From Octopus sinensis (Eukaryota), in the NCBI RefSeq assembly GCF_006345805.1, contig NC_043003.1:92132001-92196000 (forward strand): a stretch of DNA of 64,000 nt. The letters are read 5' to 3'. A program made the translations under genes and the position numbers. The notes below the pieces were generated by a model. That model did not search any database and was not told the DNA's origin. It worked only from the letters and a program-made list of their open reading frames with translations. Within the stretch, counting starts at the first letter, position 1, and each line of letters begins with the position of its first letter. Below, piece by piece: positions 13,700 through 28,276 of this stretch.

Positions 13700-15690
13700 A
13701 GAAAATTTTAAGTATTTTACAAACTAAAATTCTAGCAAAGGGGTTAAAGTTTACACAAAACCCTCGCAAATCGAACCCGAATGAAATTAAGGATAACATT
13801 GGATTTCTGCTGAAAATTACGCCTCACAGAAGCACTTCACAACTACATCGGGGAAGATGACTCAATAGTAAAAAACAAAAGCGAATACTATCCTACAAAA
13901 GGTAGAAATAAAGCACTTGATGCTTTTTATTAACACATTACCAATTATGGTATAGAAGCGATCACTTTCATAATTGCAGCACTCAGATTCATAATTGCAG
14001 CACTCAAATTCATCCTACTGAACAGCTATTTCATGTTCGATACAGTTTACTATCGATAAAAATGTGGAATTGCAATGCGAAACCGAGCTGCTCCAGTGAT
14101 TGCGAACCTTGTAATGGGTTACCTAGAACTTGAAATATACCAATCATCACTACAAAAATACGATACCTCATTTCATTGCTATTTAAAGGAGAACTGGAAG
14201 AGGTATTTGGACGATTGTTTTATACTTTGGAAAGATAGCATAGACAAACTCCTCGATTTCAAAATAATGCTTAACAATACAGCAACATACAATTCACCAT
14301 GGAGCACAGCAGTAAATAACTGCATTTTCTTGACATCCTAAATAAAATAGTCAATAACCATATCGAAACAGACATCTTCTATAAACCTACAGGTTCTAAA
14401 TAATACTTATTATTCAACTCATGCCACCCCAAACACATAAAAATTAATATACCTTATAAGCTAGCGAAAAGAATCTGTACAATAGTTTCGGACACCTATA
14501 CTCGTGAACGAAGACTCCGTGAACTCAGATCTATACTAATCAAAAGACATTACACAATATCATCAATAAATGATGGCATTAAACAAGCTAAGGAAATAGA
14601 TATATGAGCATTAAGGGAAGTTAACCGAAATACTACACCAGACTTAAAAATACCCCCATACATCGCCACACATAACCCTAGAAACAATGAAGCCTTCAAC
14701 ATTATCATCCAAAATCTACCCATCCTCACAGAAGATAAAACAATGAACAAAATTTTAGGCTCACATAAAATTATCAAAGGCAAAATGCAACCGAAATCAT
14801 TGAAAAAAATATTAAGCAGCGCAAGACTATATCCATTAACAACGGAACCAAAAGTGAAAAAATGTGGTCGACCAAACTGTGGTACATGCTTCCACCTTTT
14901 GGAGGGTTCAGAATTCCACTTTAAACAAGGTGAAATATTTAAGATTAAATCAAATTTCACCTGTGGCTCCGAAAACCTACTCTATGCCATTACATGATTA
15001 GGGTGTGGTAATCATTATATTGGCCAAACAGGAATATCACTCCGTCGAAGAACTACTCTCCACAAAGAACAAATCCGCCACCCACAATACAGACAGATAC
15101 AGGTCAGTGAACATATAGAAAGGTGTGTTAGAAACCTTAATCCTAATTTTCTAAATTTCCACTTCTATCAATGTTCACAGAACACCTCAGTAAAGCAAAG
15201 AATGAATAAAGAGGCAACTTTCATCAATAAATATCTTCCACAATTCAATATGAACACATACCTTAATACAGAACACTATAAACCTTTCAATTAATACCAT
15301 TAACCCCCATACATCCCATAAACCATTCACATTACAAATTTATATCTACCAAATCCAGAATTACTTACCTCCCTTATACATAATCTTTTTACTCAGGGAC
15401 TAGTAGACCCGACACCGTTCGGTAATCGGTACGCATTCAAAGCAGTGATCAGTAATTTTACGAAACCGGTATGCCTTTGAATCTCTTTAACAATTCACAA
15501 TAATGACCTTCATTACCTTTATTCCTACCTCAGTTCATCTAATTGTACATATGTATCATTACTTTTCGTAAAAACCTTTACTTTTTTATTTCCAATGTGC
15601 ATTTTCGCTTATTTTTCTTCCTACTTTCCCCTTACATTTCGACGTGTAGTTTCTATTTTCTTTTTGTTACATTTTTCTATTCTATTCAAT
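13700..15690 (+). mobile_element. Decayed Penelope-like element (Neptune-type Cys-rich linker): RT, GIY-YIG and 3' pLTR
   Basis: GIAM..AAPVIANLVMGYLE, WKRYLDDCFILW, TDIFYKPT, CGRPNCGTC, NLLYAIT*LGCGNHYIGQTG; stops and frameshifts. Confidence 0.9.
15435..15482 (+). ncRNA. Minimal type I hammerhead, G3:C8 core variant, in the PLE 3' end
   Basis: attcaaagca GTGATCA GTA attt TAC GAAA ccgg TA tgcctttgaat; ~10-bp bulged stem I. Confidence 0.75.
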
Positions 15691-15695
15691 TCTAT

Positions 15696-15780
<85 letters not shown>

Positions 15781-15832
15781 AGATGTACTTGCATAGCAAG
15801 TGACCTGATCTGAGATTCTGTACTGGAACGAA

Positions 15833-16113
15833 AACAATTGCAGCGTAGAAGGTGTTTATAAGCCATTTAAGAAACACACAAAAACCGTTAGATTAACTTC
15901 AACATTGAAATTTAATTTGCCAAAATATTTTCGTCGCTTTGAGACCGCGACCTGTTCACTGACAACATTCCGTGCTTTATTTTTATCGGTGAACACGTCG
16001 CGGTCTCAAAGCGACGAAAATATTTTGGCAAATTTAATTTAAATGTTGAAGTCAATCTAACGGTTTTTGTGTTTCTTAAATGGCTAACAAACACCTTCCA
16101 CGCTGCAATTGTT
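15833..16113. repeat. Fold-back palindrome 1 (arms ~125 bp)
   Basis: 15833-15959 is the reverse complement of 15989-16113. Confidence 0.9.
15917..15965 (-). ncRNA. Minimal type I hammerhead, G3:C8 core variant
   Basis: ttgtca GTGAACA G GTCGC ggtctcaaa GCGAC GAAA atat TT tggcaa. Confidence 0.7.
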
Positions 16114-16638
16114 ACTCGGAGTTTCACGTTCCTGTTCGTCGGACAGTTTTTGTTAAAATAGAACCGATATGCCAATTCTATCAAGACTAGTATAAACGTT
16201 ACACCTTTAAAAATGGACTTGTTTGATTGGTCCTTTCAAATAACGGTCATATTCGAGCGATAAACAAAAACGAGCTCAATATAAAATATAAAAAATATAT
16301 AAAATTATTAAAGTCGAGGAAAAAACCTTACATCGAATCTTTTTATAATTTTATATATTTCATATTGAGCTCATTTTTGTTTATCGCTCGAATATGACCG
16401 TTATTTGAAAGGACCAATCAAACAAGTCCATTTTTAAAGGTGTGACGTTTATACTAGTCTTGATAGAATTGGCATATCGGTTCTATTTTAACAAAAACTG
16501 TCCGACGAACGGGAACGTGAAACTCCGAGTAACAGGTTTTGTTGAATTTCTGCTGCTTTTAAATAAAGCATATTACTCTACCCCTGGTATTTGAGTACTC
16601 TTTTTTCCACCTTGTTTCACATTATATGTTTACTCCGG
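16110..16638. repeat. Fold-back palindrome 2 (arms ~190 bp) of pLTR-like sequence; homolog at 32070-32348
   Basis: 16110-16300 is the reverse complement of ~16345-16534; right arm and tail align with 32070-32348. Confidence 0.9.
16494..16540 (+). ncRNA. Minimal type I hammerhead, CCGACGA core (U4C)
   Basis: ctgt CCGACGA ACG ggaa CGT GAAA CTC c GAG TA acag. Confidence 0.7.
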
Positions 16639-17174
16639 TATATATATATATATATAGACATACATATATATATGTATATAGATATGAATGTGTATCTGTC
16701 TATCTATACATACATGCATGCATGCGTACACGCACACGCACGCACACACACACACACATACACACATACACGTAGATGAAAACAACACCACGAACTCAGC
16801 ATCATGCAGTGTTGTACATAATGAAATAAAACGACTCTCTGTTATAACATCGTATACTAACGTCGTTACCACCAAAATGGATGCAGTAACTCTAGAAACA
16901 ATCGTTTGGAGAGAAAAGAACCCCGAAACCAAAAGCCGAAGGTATTAACTGGTAAGAAAAAAATAAGCACGGATACCTAAAAATCCTGCGATTCTTCAAA
17001 AATAAAACAGAGCCTGACTGACTATCTTTATTTGCCATATAGAAATGATTAGTCGTGAAGTGAAAACAATTATAAAATATTCCAGGGGTTTTCCATTTGA
17101 GGCGACAGGGTTGAACACATGTATACAATCACATATAGATATGGAATACATACATACACACACACATACACACA

Positions 17175-17209
<35 letters not shown>

Positions 17210-17519
17210 GCACGCACACGCACACACACACACACACACCACACACACGCATGCTGAAAATTCCAAGAGCTGACTTGACATAAACAAAAGAGCCTTGTCA
17301 CTTTGTTAGCGATCGGCTTGAATTTCGAGAAAGGAATAGTTCATATAAATCCTTAAGAAAGGCTTAATAAATGTTAAGATGTTTGTGTCACTACTAGAAG
17401 TATTGCGCAGTATCGTCGGCACGTGTCTTCTACTATTGCTCTGGACTGCCGGATTGACCAATGCCTTCTGAGTGAATTTGTTGGCGAAAAACTGTATGGA
17501 AATCCGTCTTGCGTCCGTG

Positions 17520-17599
<80 letters not shown>

Positions 17600-17601
<2 letters not shown>

Positions 17602-17822
17602 AAAGAATCGGAATCGATATGACAGCAGAGCAAGTCTCGAAACTGCTCTGCTGGAAACAGTTAGGATTTTGAGATTGGTACTTGGATGTTGAATGTCTCA
17701 CACGATAATTAACAATCAAGTATCAAAGCTTATAATGTGCAGGAAGAGATCCTGGGAGACCTCTCACGGAATCTATCAGAACAAACAAGACCGAACGTTC
17801 TGAGAAGTAAACCAATAATAAT
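17600..17822 (+). mobile_element. 3' end of an R4/Dong-like LINE
   Basis: TALLETVRILRLVLGC followed by a 3' UTR matching 57720-57780, ending in aataataat. Confidence 0.65.
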
Positions 17823-18016
17823 CACAAACTAATCTATATAGATAAAATTCATTTCAATTAAATAGAAATTGTTGATAATACAAGTTTCGGCAACAAATAG
17901 ATTTCATACACAATAGCATAGTTATACACTTAAGATCGAATATCGATGAAGCAATTGTAATTTTATGTAATAAAATAACTTGCTCATTCCATTCTGCTTG
18001 TGAATATTAATACATT

Positions 18017-18019
<3 letters not shown>

Positions 18020-18068
<49 letters not shown>

Positions 18069-18400
18069 TGTATGTATGTATGTATGTATGTATGTATGTA
18101 TGTATGTATGTATGCATGTATTAATGTATGTATGTGTGTATGTATGTATGTATGTATGTATGTATGTATGTATGTATGTATTATGTATGTATGTGTATGT
18201 ATGTATGTATGTATGTATGTATGTATGTATGTATGAATGTATGTATGTATGTATGTGTGTATGTATGTATGTATGTATGTATGTATGAATGTATGTATGT
18301 ATGTATGTATGTATGTATGTGTGTGTGTGTATGTATGTATGTATGTATGAATGTATGTATGTATGGATGTATGTATGTATACACACACACACACACACAT
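18020..18400. repeat. (TATG)n compound microsatellite
   Basis: Direct reading. Confidence 0.95.
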
Positions 18401-19019
18401 GTTGATTCACAAGAAGTGATGAATTACGGAACTCAGTACAGATGCAGAGTATTCTTTATTACTTTATGACTGAAAGGCTCTTCCGATCATAAGCTGGTAA
18501 ATCGAGCCTGGTTTTCTTTTGAATAGCCACTGTCCTGAATATGTTTTGAAGTATGAAATGGAAGTTTGAAGGAAAAGCTTACCCTTATGTTCTTTCGTTT
18601 AAAAATCTTTGTGAACAACACCTGCAAACACGACTGATTCAAGCACACGCTTTTGATTTTACTTCTGGTTCTTGAGGTAATATTATTATAAACATCACAA
18701 ACTCCATGCAATCGTAGTCACGAAATTGCCTCGCTTTTTAAGCAAAGTTTCAAAATAATACTTTTAAGAAATAATGTTAATTAATACTTTTAATTAATGT
18801 TTTAAACAACAATGATTGTGTACGCGGGTGTTTATTTTACACATACACATATCCACACTTATAGACACACACATATATATACACAGAATTACATATTCAT
18901 GTATACGTGTATACATACACGTATGCATATACACATATGCCTTTATATATATACTCACACACAGACACGCAAAGCACATATATTAAATCATATATCAATA
19001 AAACCTATTAATTAAACAT

Positions 19020-19330
19020 TTCGAAATTCGAGGAGGCTTGTATTTGCATAAAAGATACTTAGCCACGTTAACAGCTCAGTTCTTTTGTTCAAACTATTGG
19101 TGCCTTCAATAAAAATTCTCAGTTTTTCACATCGAATTTGATTTGAAGCTCCGTTCCTGTATGGTTGCACATTATCTACAATAGACCAGGTAATTTTGAA
19201 TTCATGAGGTCTTGCTTCACACAGAACCACATGAACTTCGACAAATCCGTAGCACATTTTCTGAATGTTTATGTTTGAAGAGAGTGAGTTTTAAATATAG
19301 ATTTTAAGTTCATCTCTGCTGTTTCAACCT
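19020..19330 (-). mobile_element. PLE GIY-YIG C-terminal remnant (Naiad-type)
   Basis: KITWSIVDNVQPYRNGA...EKLRI...SLNKRTELL. Confidence 0.6.
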
Positions 19331-20059
19331 TTGCATTGTATACTATCGACTTTGCTAGGAAGTTTCCATCTAGTGGATAGTTCTTACTCGTGTTTGAATG
19401 TGTGTCTTTGTGTGTTTGTCCATCTCCACACACAACACAACCGGTATTAGTTTCTTTACACTACCGCAACGTAGCAGTTTGACAAAGAAAGACCAACAGA
19501 ATGAGTACCAGTCTTAAAACATAAGAACTGTGGTCGTCAGCGAATAAACCGTGCAAGGGGATGCTCCAGCATATTCGCAGTCCAAAGACGAAAACAGGTA
19601 AAAGAATAAATGAATACAAGAATAATAAAATACGCATATACATGTATACATTTCAGTGGTAGAACCATTCAGTTACCGTGGTTTAACACCAGCACCTGAC
19701 TTTTGAGTGCTTTTGGTGGAATGTATTCTGTTATAAACATTTAGATTGAGTCTCAGCTATAAAAGGCAACTTTTACATTTTCTTGCAGTAGTTTCCGAGG
19801 CTCTAAAAAAGGAATATGGCAGCTAACCTTCTTCCTCTAAGTTATGCGAGTTGATAGATAGACACACAAATTTCTTGTTAAATAAATATATGACACGTAT
19901 TAATCACACTGAAGTATTTCTAGAAGGCAGTTGGGAAGAAGGTAAAAGAAAACAATAATTATTGTTGACATAGGAATTTTAGAAACTTTGAGAGAGATGA
20001 AAAAGTTTTTAACATGGAACTCGAAGTAGATAAAGCTAAAAAGGATTCTTCGTAATATG

Positions 20060-20380
20060 GACACAAGGCCTGAAATCTTGTGGGATAGGCTAGTTTATTA
20101 GATCGACTCCAACACTTGACTGGTGCTTAGTTATCGACCCAGAAAGGATAAAAAGCAAAGTCGAATTCGGTAGAATTTGAACACAGAATATAAAGACTGA
20201 CAAAATTTCCACAAAGCGTTTTTTTCTGGCGAGTCAACGATTCTGTCAGCTCGCTGTCTTGCCTTTTTTGCCAGCTTAGTGGACTGGAGCAACGCGAAAT
20301 GAAATGTTTTGTTCAATAACACAACGCATCGCCCTGTCCAGGAATCGAAATCACAATCTTACGATCATGAGTGCAACGTT
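20060..20380 (-). mobile_element. Diverged SINE B and SINE C fragments
   Basis: Similarity to 59603-59833 and 40252-40500. Confidence 0.55.
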
Positions 20381-21931
20381 TCTTCACCTTAAAATTATAA
20401 ATAATAAACACAGAATAGATGGCTTTGAGTTCAGGGACTGCCTACGACTTTTCATATAAGATTTTTAACCCTAATATTTTACAAATTATTCTATATAGCT
20501 TTGACTGAAGAAATCTGTGACAGAGGGTGTTCAAGCTGTGACCCTCTCATCGTTTTTTAAGGCGTAACGGATTCAGGACTACATTATCGTGGGCACATAC
20601 GTTTTCTATTTTTAAGCACAGAAGGGTGTGATTTGATAGAAATTTGCTTGCTATTTCTAATGAGTCGATTGGTAACGTAGAAACCCTCTTCCGCGTCCTT
20701 TGTAAGCAGCACTTCCTATCATCACAGATAATGACCGCATACACTGCACCTTAAGGTTTTAAAATCGTTGACGCCTCGACACATATATGAGATATAAATA
20801 ATGATTTTTAAAATCCATTTAATATTTCTTGAACATTCACAGTCTTTATGAAACGTAAGTGGACTAGAATTGTCTGGAATTTTACCCCTCCTTGCAGCAG
20901 GAGTGACAAGAGAAAATGACACTATAGCCGGATATACGTCAGTCATAAATCTGATATTGTAAGAAAAACAGTGAAATAAACATGTTCAGAACCTTATTTG
21001 TTTCATAAACAAATCTTGCAACAAGCAAATTAGCTAGTTAGAAAATCTTTATAAGGGATAAAAGCAGTAACTATACTGAGAAGTAATGTTTACCGCCACT
21101 TAAACATGGCTGTGCCGTAGGAAACGACGTTACTGCTATTTATGATCCCAGGGGAACGTCTCCTCTTGCTAGTTATTTGATACAAATTACACCCGATATA
21201 TGTTGCAAGCAAGAGAGTGAACTCCTACCATATTCTAACCACAAGACCACTAGACTCTACAGCTTCGATCTCTTTGTGGTCATCCTCAAAGGTGGATACT
21301 CGTCCGCTAGAGATAGCAGTAGTAAACAATCTTAAGACAACTTTTGGCAAAATAAAATAAAAAGTACAGAAGCTGAAATCTTTTCACAAGACAAACGAAA
21401 ACAATATAACGTTTTAGAAACAGTAGCAGAATAACTATAATTGAAATGCATGTGTGTGTGTGTGTTTAAGTAAGTTTAAGTAAGTTTGACTGTATATATG
21501 TATGAGTGTGTGTACGACGTACTATATATTTATGTTCTCTTTCTCTTTTTAATTTTAGAGTAAATTTTGATCGACTACCTGCTTGGTAGCAAGGTTGTGA
21601 AGGAAAGTAGCTGGTTTTAACCATCATTCTTTAAATCTTAAGAAGGTATATCTGTCTGTGTCTCTGTCTGTATTTTGGATTTATCTTAAGTTTTCCCGCT
21701 GTAGAATCCAAGCCGGACACTAATAAAAAGGCAAGCGCCTTCAAGTCAATTATTCTACTTTTGGGGTTTTAGTTAACGGAATTGACTGATGCATATATTT
21801 GAGCGAAATTGTGCGCGAATGTGCACGCGTGGATAAATATGTTCGCATAGCGTACGTGACACAGTAGAACGCTGTGTATGTTTCATTACCGTTTACGTGA
21901 TGCTGTGAATGTATGTACAGATGTAACTATG

Positions 21932-22945
21932 TAGGAGGGGCGTTCAATAAGTAATGCTCCTGACCCACTTCCCATAGCAGTAGAGCAACGAAACTTGGCA
22001 CAGTTATTAGTCTTTTTCTACATAGGAACCACTCAGAGTTACACATTTCTCCCATCGTTTGATGCAACTCTGGAGACCGTTTTTGTAGAAGACCCCAGCT
22101 TGGTCCTCCGACCACGACGTGACTTCAGAAATCAAGGCTGCATCATCCGGGAAACGCTTTCCTTTCAAAAACAACTTCATGGCTGGGAAGAGGTGAAAAT
22201 CAGAGGGTGCAAGGTCAGGAGAGTAGGGGGATGGGGGAGGAGTTCATAGCCGCACGCCTGTGCTTCTGATCTGGCGACACGCGAGTTGTAGACCAGAGCG
22301 TTGTCCTGCAGGAGGAGGATGCCTTTGCTGATCTTGCCCCGCCTCTTGATTTTGATAGCTTCTCTTAATTTCCTCAAAAGTGAAGCATAATAGGCTCCTG
22401 TAATTGTGGTACCCTTTGCCAGGAAATCTGTCATCACTACTCCGTCCTGGTCCCAGAAGATTGTGAGCATGACCTTGCCAGCGGAGGGCTGCACCCTTGC
22501 CTTCTTTGGAGGAGGTGAGTCACGGTGCTTCCACTGCATTGACTGGGCTTTGGTCTCTGGATCATAGTGATGGACCCAGGTTTCATCCTGTGTAATCAGT
22601 CTTTTGAAAAATTTTGACTCATCTTCTTGGCACATCTCCAAATTCATCCTCGAGCACTCGACGCGTTCTTGCTTCTGGAAAGATGTGAGCAACTTGGGAA
22701 TCCATCTGGCAGACACCTTTTGCATATGCAAATGGTCATGAATGATAGTTTCCACAGACCCGGTACTAAACTTGACCTCATGGGCTATTTGGCGAATAGT
22801 TATGCGTCGATCTTCCAAAATGGCAGCCTCAACTTGACGGACAGATGCCGCATCAATGGCAGAAGGGGGGCGACCAGATCTGGGAGCTGTTTCCACAGAG
22901 TTCCAACCATGTTTGAATTCACGATGCCAGCGTTTTACAAGGTCA
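21932..22945 (-). mobile_element. 5'-truncated mariner element with frameshifted D,D34D transposase
   Basis: ORF 22177-22896: WIPKLL, ITQDETWVHHYDPETK, KVMLTIFWD, LLQDNA, HPP..(S)PDLAPSDF; TA plus TIR-like end at 21932. Confidence 0.9.
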
Positions 22946-22972
22946 TATATACATATATATATATATACATGT

Positions 22973-23357
22973 ATTAGGTCGTCGAGTATGAAATTTGTAG
23001 TTAGGTATATGACAGCTGCTCATTTTGCGCCATTATCATATTTTGACAATCTTTATTTTTTGTTAGAAAACTGACACATCTATTTCTTTATTCTAACCCA
23101 TTTTGTGCTTTAAATTGTTTTTTTACTATTTTTGATTAGTGATGGATAAGTCGGAAATTCTTACAGTTTTTAAATATGAGTTCTTTCTTGGAAATACAGC
23201 ATCACAGACAGTTCGGAATATTAATGGACCATTTCATTCTAATGTTATTACACAGCAGACAATATCAAATTGGTTTGCAAAATTTCGTTCTGGTAACTTT
23301 GACTTCACAAATAGGCAACGTGGTCGATCAGAAACAATGGTGGATAATGACGAACTG
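22973..23357 (+). mobile_element. Mariner 5' fragment (TIR plus N-terminal HTH)
   Basis: TA-TTAGGTC start; MDKSEILTVFKYEFFLG..TVRNIN..WFAKFRSGNFD..RGRSE. Confidence 0.8.
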
Positions 23358-23579
23358 GAAACAGGTTGTTTTCGTCCAGGTGCTTGTTTAATCTTTGTGA
23401 TATTACTGCAGTGAATGCTTTGTGCATTGTAGGGAGACAGGTTATAGGTCTGTAGTTTTCTGGTTTTGCTGTCTCATTGGATTTGGGAATTAAGATGGTT
23501 TTTCCCCTTCGTGAGCCCTTCAGGCATTGTCTCTGGCCCTGCCAGTATGTTGTTAAAGTTTTCAGCCAGCTTTTTGTTG

Positions 23580-23580
<1 letters not shown>
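23358..23580 (-). mobile_element. R4/Dong-like RT fragment beginning directly at a (TAA)n array
   Basis: LTKGKTILIPKSNETAKPENYRPITCLPTM.KAFT. Confidence 0.8.
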
Positions 23581-23643
<63 letters not shown>

Positions 23644-23733
23644 TTTTTTAAAAATTTTATTATTATATTATTATTATTATTATTATATATATTATATTAT
23701 TATTATTATTATTATTATATTATTATTATTATT

Positions 23734-24259
23734 GAGTGAGAGAGCAGTGCATGCCATTAAAGAACACTGGGTAAAATATACGAAGCCCAGTATACCCATC
23801 ATGACTACCCGTCTGATAAGGTACACCAGGCACATGCATCACAACCATATGTGTGCGACATGTGATCTCATATCAAGATAAACAGCGCATGACCTTGCAG
23901 GTGGGGTTCAGTTAGAATTTTCTTCTGGTCGAGTATCCCATCCCACTCAAAAGGTCCCTGAATAAGGATTGCTTAAGGATGTTGAACGAACCACCCGTGT
24001 TGCCAAAGGTGAATTATCCAAACCTCCAAGAATTCCTTTCAACACATGGCTATGATGCTTCCCCACTACTTCTGCTCGTTATCAGAGATGCAGATATCGT
24101 CAGCCACTAAGGGACATGCTCAACTGGTTACGGTCAAACAACTGACAGGCAAATCTGTGGTATTGAGCAGAATATTTGCTGTAGCCCATCTTTTATACCA
24201 AGACAAAACAATGTACATGATAACACTTCCAATCAGTTAAGATCAGAAGCCATGAGAGC

Positions 24260-24260
<1 letters not shown>
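23734..24260 (-). mobile_element. 550-bp TAA-associated element, copy 2 (lacks ~30 bp at its 5' end)
   Basis: Alignment to the other copies; TTA arrays on both sides. Confidence 0.85.
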
Positions 24261-24349
<89 letters not shown>

Positions 24350-24356
24350 CATCATC

Positions 24357-24433
<77 letters not shown>

Positions 24434-24504
24434 GTTATTATTATTATTATTATTATCATCATCATCATCATCATCATTATTATCATTATTATTATTATTA
24501 TTAA

Positions 24505-24680
24505 GGCGGTGAAAGGATGTGAGCTGGCAGAATCGTTAGCCCGTCGGGCGAAATAATTAGCCGTATTCGGTCTGTTTTCAAGGATGTCGATAAAATAAGT
24601 ACCAGTTGCGTACTGGGGTTGATGTAATCGACTATCCCTCTCCCCCAAATTTCAGGTCTTGTGCCTATAGTAGAAATAAT
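24505..24680 (+). mobile_element. SINE family B, internally deleted
   Basis: gagctggcagaatcgttagc...gtcgataaaataagtaccag. Confidence 0.65.
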
Positions 24681-24775
24681 TATTTAGATGGTGAACTAGT
24701 AGAATCGTGAGAGCATTGGAAATATTATTTGTGTTATTTGTTCCGAAAGTTTTACTAATTAAAAGGTTAAGTGAT

Positions 24776-24807
<32 letters not shown>

Positions 24808-25080
24808 TAATCATGATAGTGACGAGGAGGATGATGAAAAACGAAAAGGAAAAGAAGACGAACAAGAACAACAAAGAGTAGAAGTCGTGCACTCGCTTAG
24901 AGTTAGAATTGTTCGACCCAGGCTCTTGCACGTCTTCTTTCTTACTCTGTGTGAGTGTGTGTATGTGCATGTGTACGTGTGTATGTGCATGTGTATGTGT
25001 GTGCATGCATGCGTGTGTGTGTAACTACACACATATATATGCATATTTATATATACATACATATATATATGTTCTCAAAT

Positions 25081-25112
<32 letters not shown>

Positions 25113-25674
25113 GATATATATATACACACACACACGTGCACACACACACACACAACCACACACACACACACAAACACACAGACATATATATGCAGAGATA
25201 CATAATCATATTATACACATAATTAATTATAAACACATACATCCATGCACATACACATACACACATACATAGGCGTTTAAACGAGCGCTCGTATACAAAA
25301 TTGATGTTTAGTGACGTTTTCCTCTGACCAATTAATAAGAACCAAGTTGTCACAATTAAAGAAAAGAAAGAAAGGAAAAAAGATACTCTTGATGGACATA
25401 TTTTAATATCTGTCTCATCACGTAACTTAACACCGCGTATTATATACTTTGATATATATCGCAATGGCGCTTATATTTCTCCATCACCTCCTTTCCACAT
25501 TTTTCCCACGCGCACATACGCGCATACACATACGGAAACACGCGCACGCACACATAACACACAGACACAGACACACATGCGTGTTTTTTGTATATGTATC
25601 TATCTGTCTATCTATACACAAACGCAAACACGCTCACGCACGCTTACACACACACACATACACACACACACACA

Positions 25675-25712
<38 letters not shown>

Positions 25713-25775
25713 ATTTATGCATGTGTATCTATTTATCTATAGATAAATATGCATAGAGGTATATACATCCATCTA

Positions 25776-25851
<76 letters not shown>

Positions 25852-25863
25852 CCTACCTACTTA

Positions 25864-26612
25864 GCGGCGAGCTGGCAGACACGTTAGCGCGCCGGTCGAA
25901 ATACTTTGCAGTATTTCGTCTACCACTACGTTCTGAGTTCAAATTCCACCTAGGTCGACTTTGCCTTTAATCATTTCGGGGTCGATTAAAAAAGTACCAG
26001 TTACGCACTGGGGTCGATATAATTGACTTAATCCGTTTGTATGTGCTTGTTTGTCCCCTCTATGTTTAGCACCTTGTGGGCAGTAAAGAAATAGGCATTT
26101 CGTCTGCCGCAACGTTCTGAGTTCAAATTCCGCCGAGGTCGACTTTGCCTTTCATCCTTTCGGGGTCGATTAAATAAGTATCAGTTACGCACTGGGGTCG
26201 ATATAATCGACTTAACCCGTTTGTCTTCTCTGTGTTTAGCCCCTTGTGGGTAGTAAAGAAATAGGCATTTCGTCTGCCGCTACGTTCTGAGTTCAAATTC
26301 CGCCGAGGTCGACTTTGCCTTTCATCTTTCGGGGTCGATAAATAAAGTACCAGTTACGCACTGGGGTCGATATAATCGACTTAATCCGTTTGTCTGTCCT
26401 TGTTTGTCCCCACTGTGTTTAGCCCCTTGTGGGTAGTAAAGAAATAGGTATTTCGTCTACCGCTACGTTCTGAGTTCAAATTCCGCCGAGGTCGACTTTG
26501 CCTTTCATCCTTTCGGGGTCGATTAAATAATTACTAATTACGAACTGGGGTCGATGTAATCGACTTTCCTTGTTTGTTCCCTCTATGTTTAGCCCCCTGT
26601 GGGCAATAAAGA
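25864..26612 (+). mobile_element. SINE family B (tRNA head, Meta-like core): one head plus four tandem bodies, inside (CTAT)n
   Basis: Units of ~170-185 bp restart at gg(c/t)atttcgtct after aaagaaata; B box gagttcaaattcc. Confidence 0.9.
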
Positions 26613-26614
26613 TA

Positions 26615-26680
<66 letters not shown>

Positions 26681-27749
26681 AATACACACACACAACATTA
26701 CATCGACACAAAACACACGCGCGCACACACAAACACACACGCACACACACACACATGCACATTCATACATATACACACAACTTTCATTAATATCTGTTTA
26801 ATGCAATTTCAACCAATTTTCAAGTCATTCCACGTCAGTAGACACTAATTAGAGGGCGGTATTCTTTATGCTCTACATTACGTTAATGACCCAGAAATAA
26901 TTTTCTGTCTCTTTATTTCTCTCCTATTCCTTTCTTTCTATGTAATTTAGGTCTCTGAATTTTTCTGCACTTTTTTTTTACTCATCTGCGAGCCACCAAT
27001 TATCTTAAATAGTGCTTTCGGTTTTCAAGCTTGTATTTCTGGTTATCTCTATTTCAAGATCTTTATATTTGGATAATTTCTTTTAGGTGTATTATCGCCT
27101 ATTGGGATTGATTCTTCAACGGCAAAGCATTTCCTTCCTTGGCGCTCCTTGACAAAATCCAACCGATTTGCTTCATTAAAATTATTTATGGGGCGAGGGT
27201 GAGGGTAAATGCGTGATATATGGATTTGACAGAAATAATAGTCAAATCTCCCTAAAATCAGACTCCAGCAAGCTAAAAAAAAAAAGACAGAACAAATGTC
27301 CGATATATACAGAAGAAATGGTCATCTCAAGACACTCATTAATCGTGGCTGACTTGATAAAAAAACAAAAAACAAAAATATAGCTATGGTTTCGTGGTAG
27401 AGTTTACAGTCTTTGTCAACTTCTGTCGACATGCATGCATGCGAGCAAGTATGTATGTATGTATGTATGTATGTATGTATGTATGTATGTATGTATGTAT
27501 ATTATGTATGTATGTATGTATTTGTCTATCTTTTTTGTATATGTCATTAATTTGTATAACCCAATTCCTTCTACCCAACATTAATGATATTGCACGTTAA
27601 TAGATTCATGTTGCATGTCATTATCCTTTATAGGTTATACGCTTTTAATGAGCCTTCAATAATGTTCTCTTTCTTCCCTTCTCCTTGCATGTATATATGT
27701 ATGTATATATATGTCTGTGTGTGTGTGTGTCTGTATGTATATATATATA

Positions 27750-28276
<527 letters not shown>

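Noticed and set aside
14995-14997. In-frame TGA at a conserved Cys (AIT*LGC) as possible selenocysteine
   Set aside because: The element has many other stops and frameshifts, the sister copy at ~50984 has TGC, and no SECIS was recognised
16772-16945. Possible host exon (open frame bounded by ag..gt)
   Set aside because: No polypyrimidine tract, no recognisable domain and no partner exons
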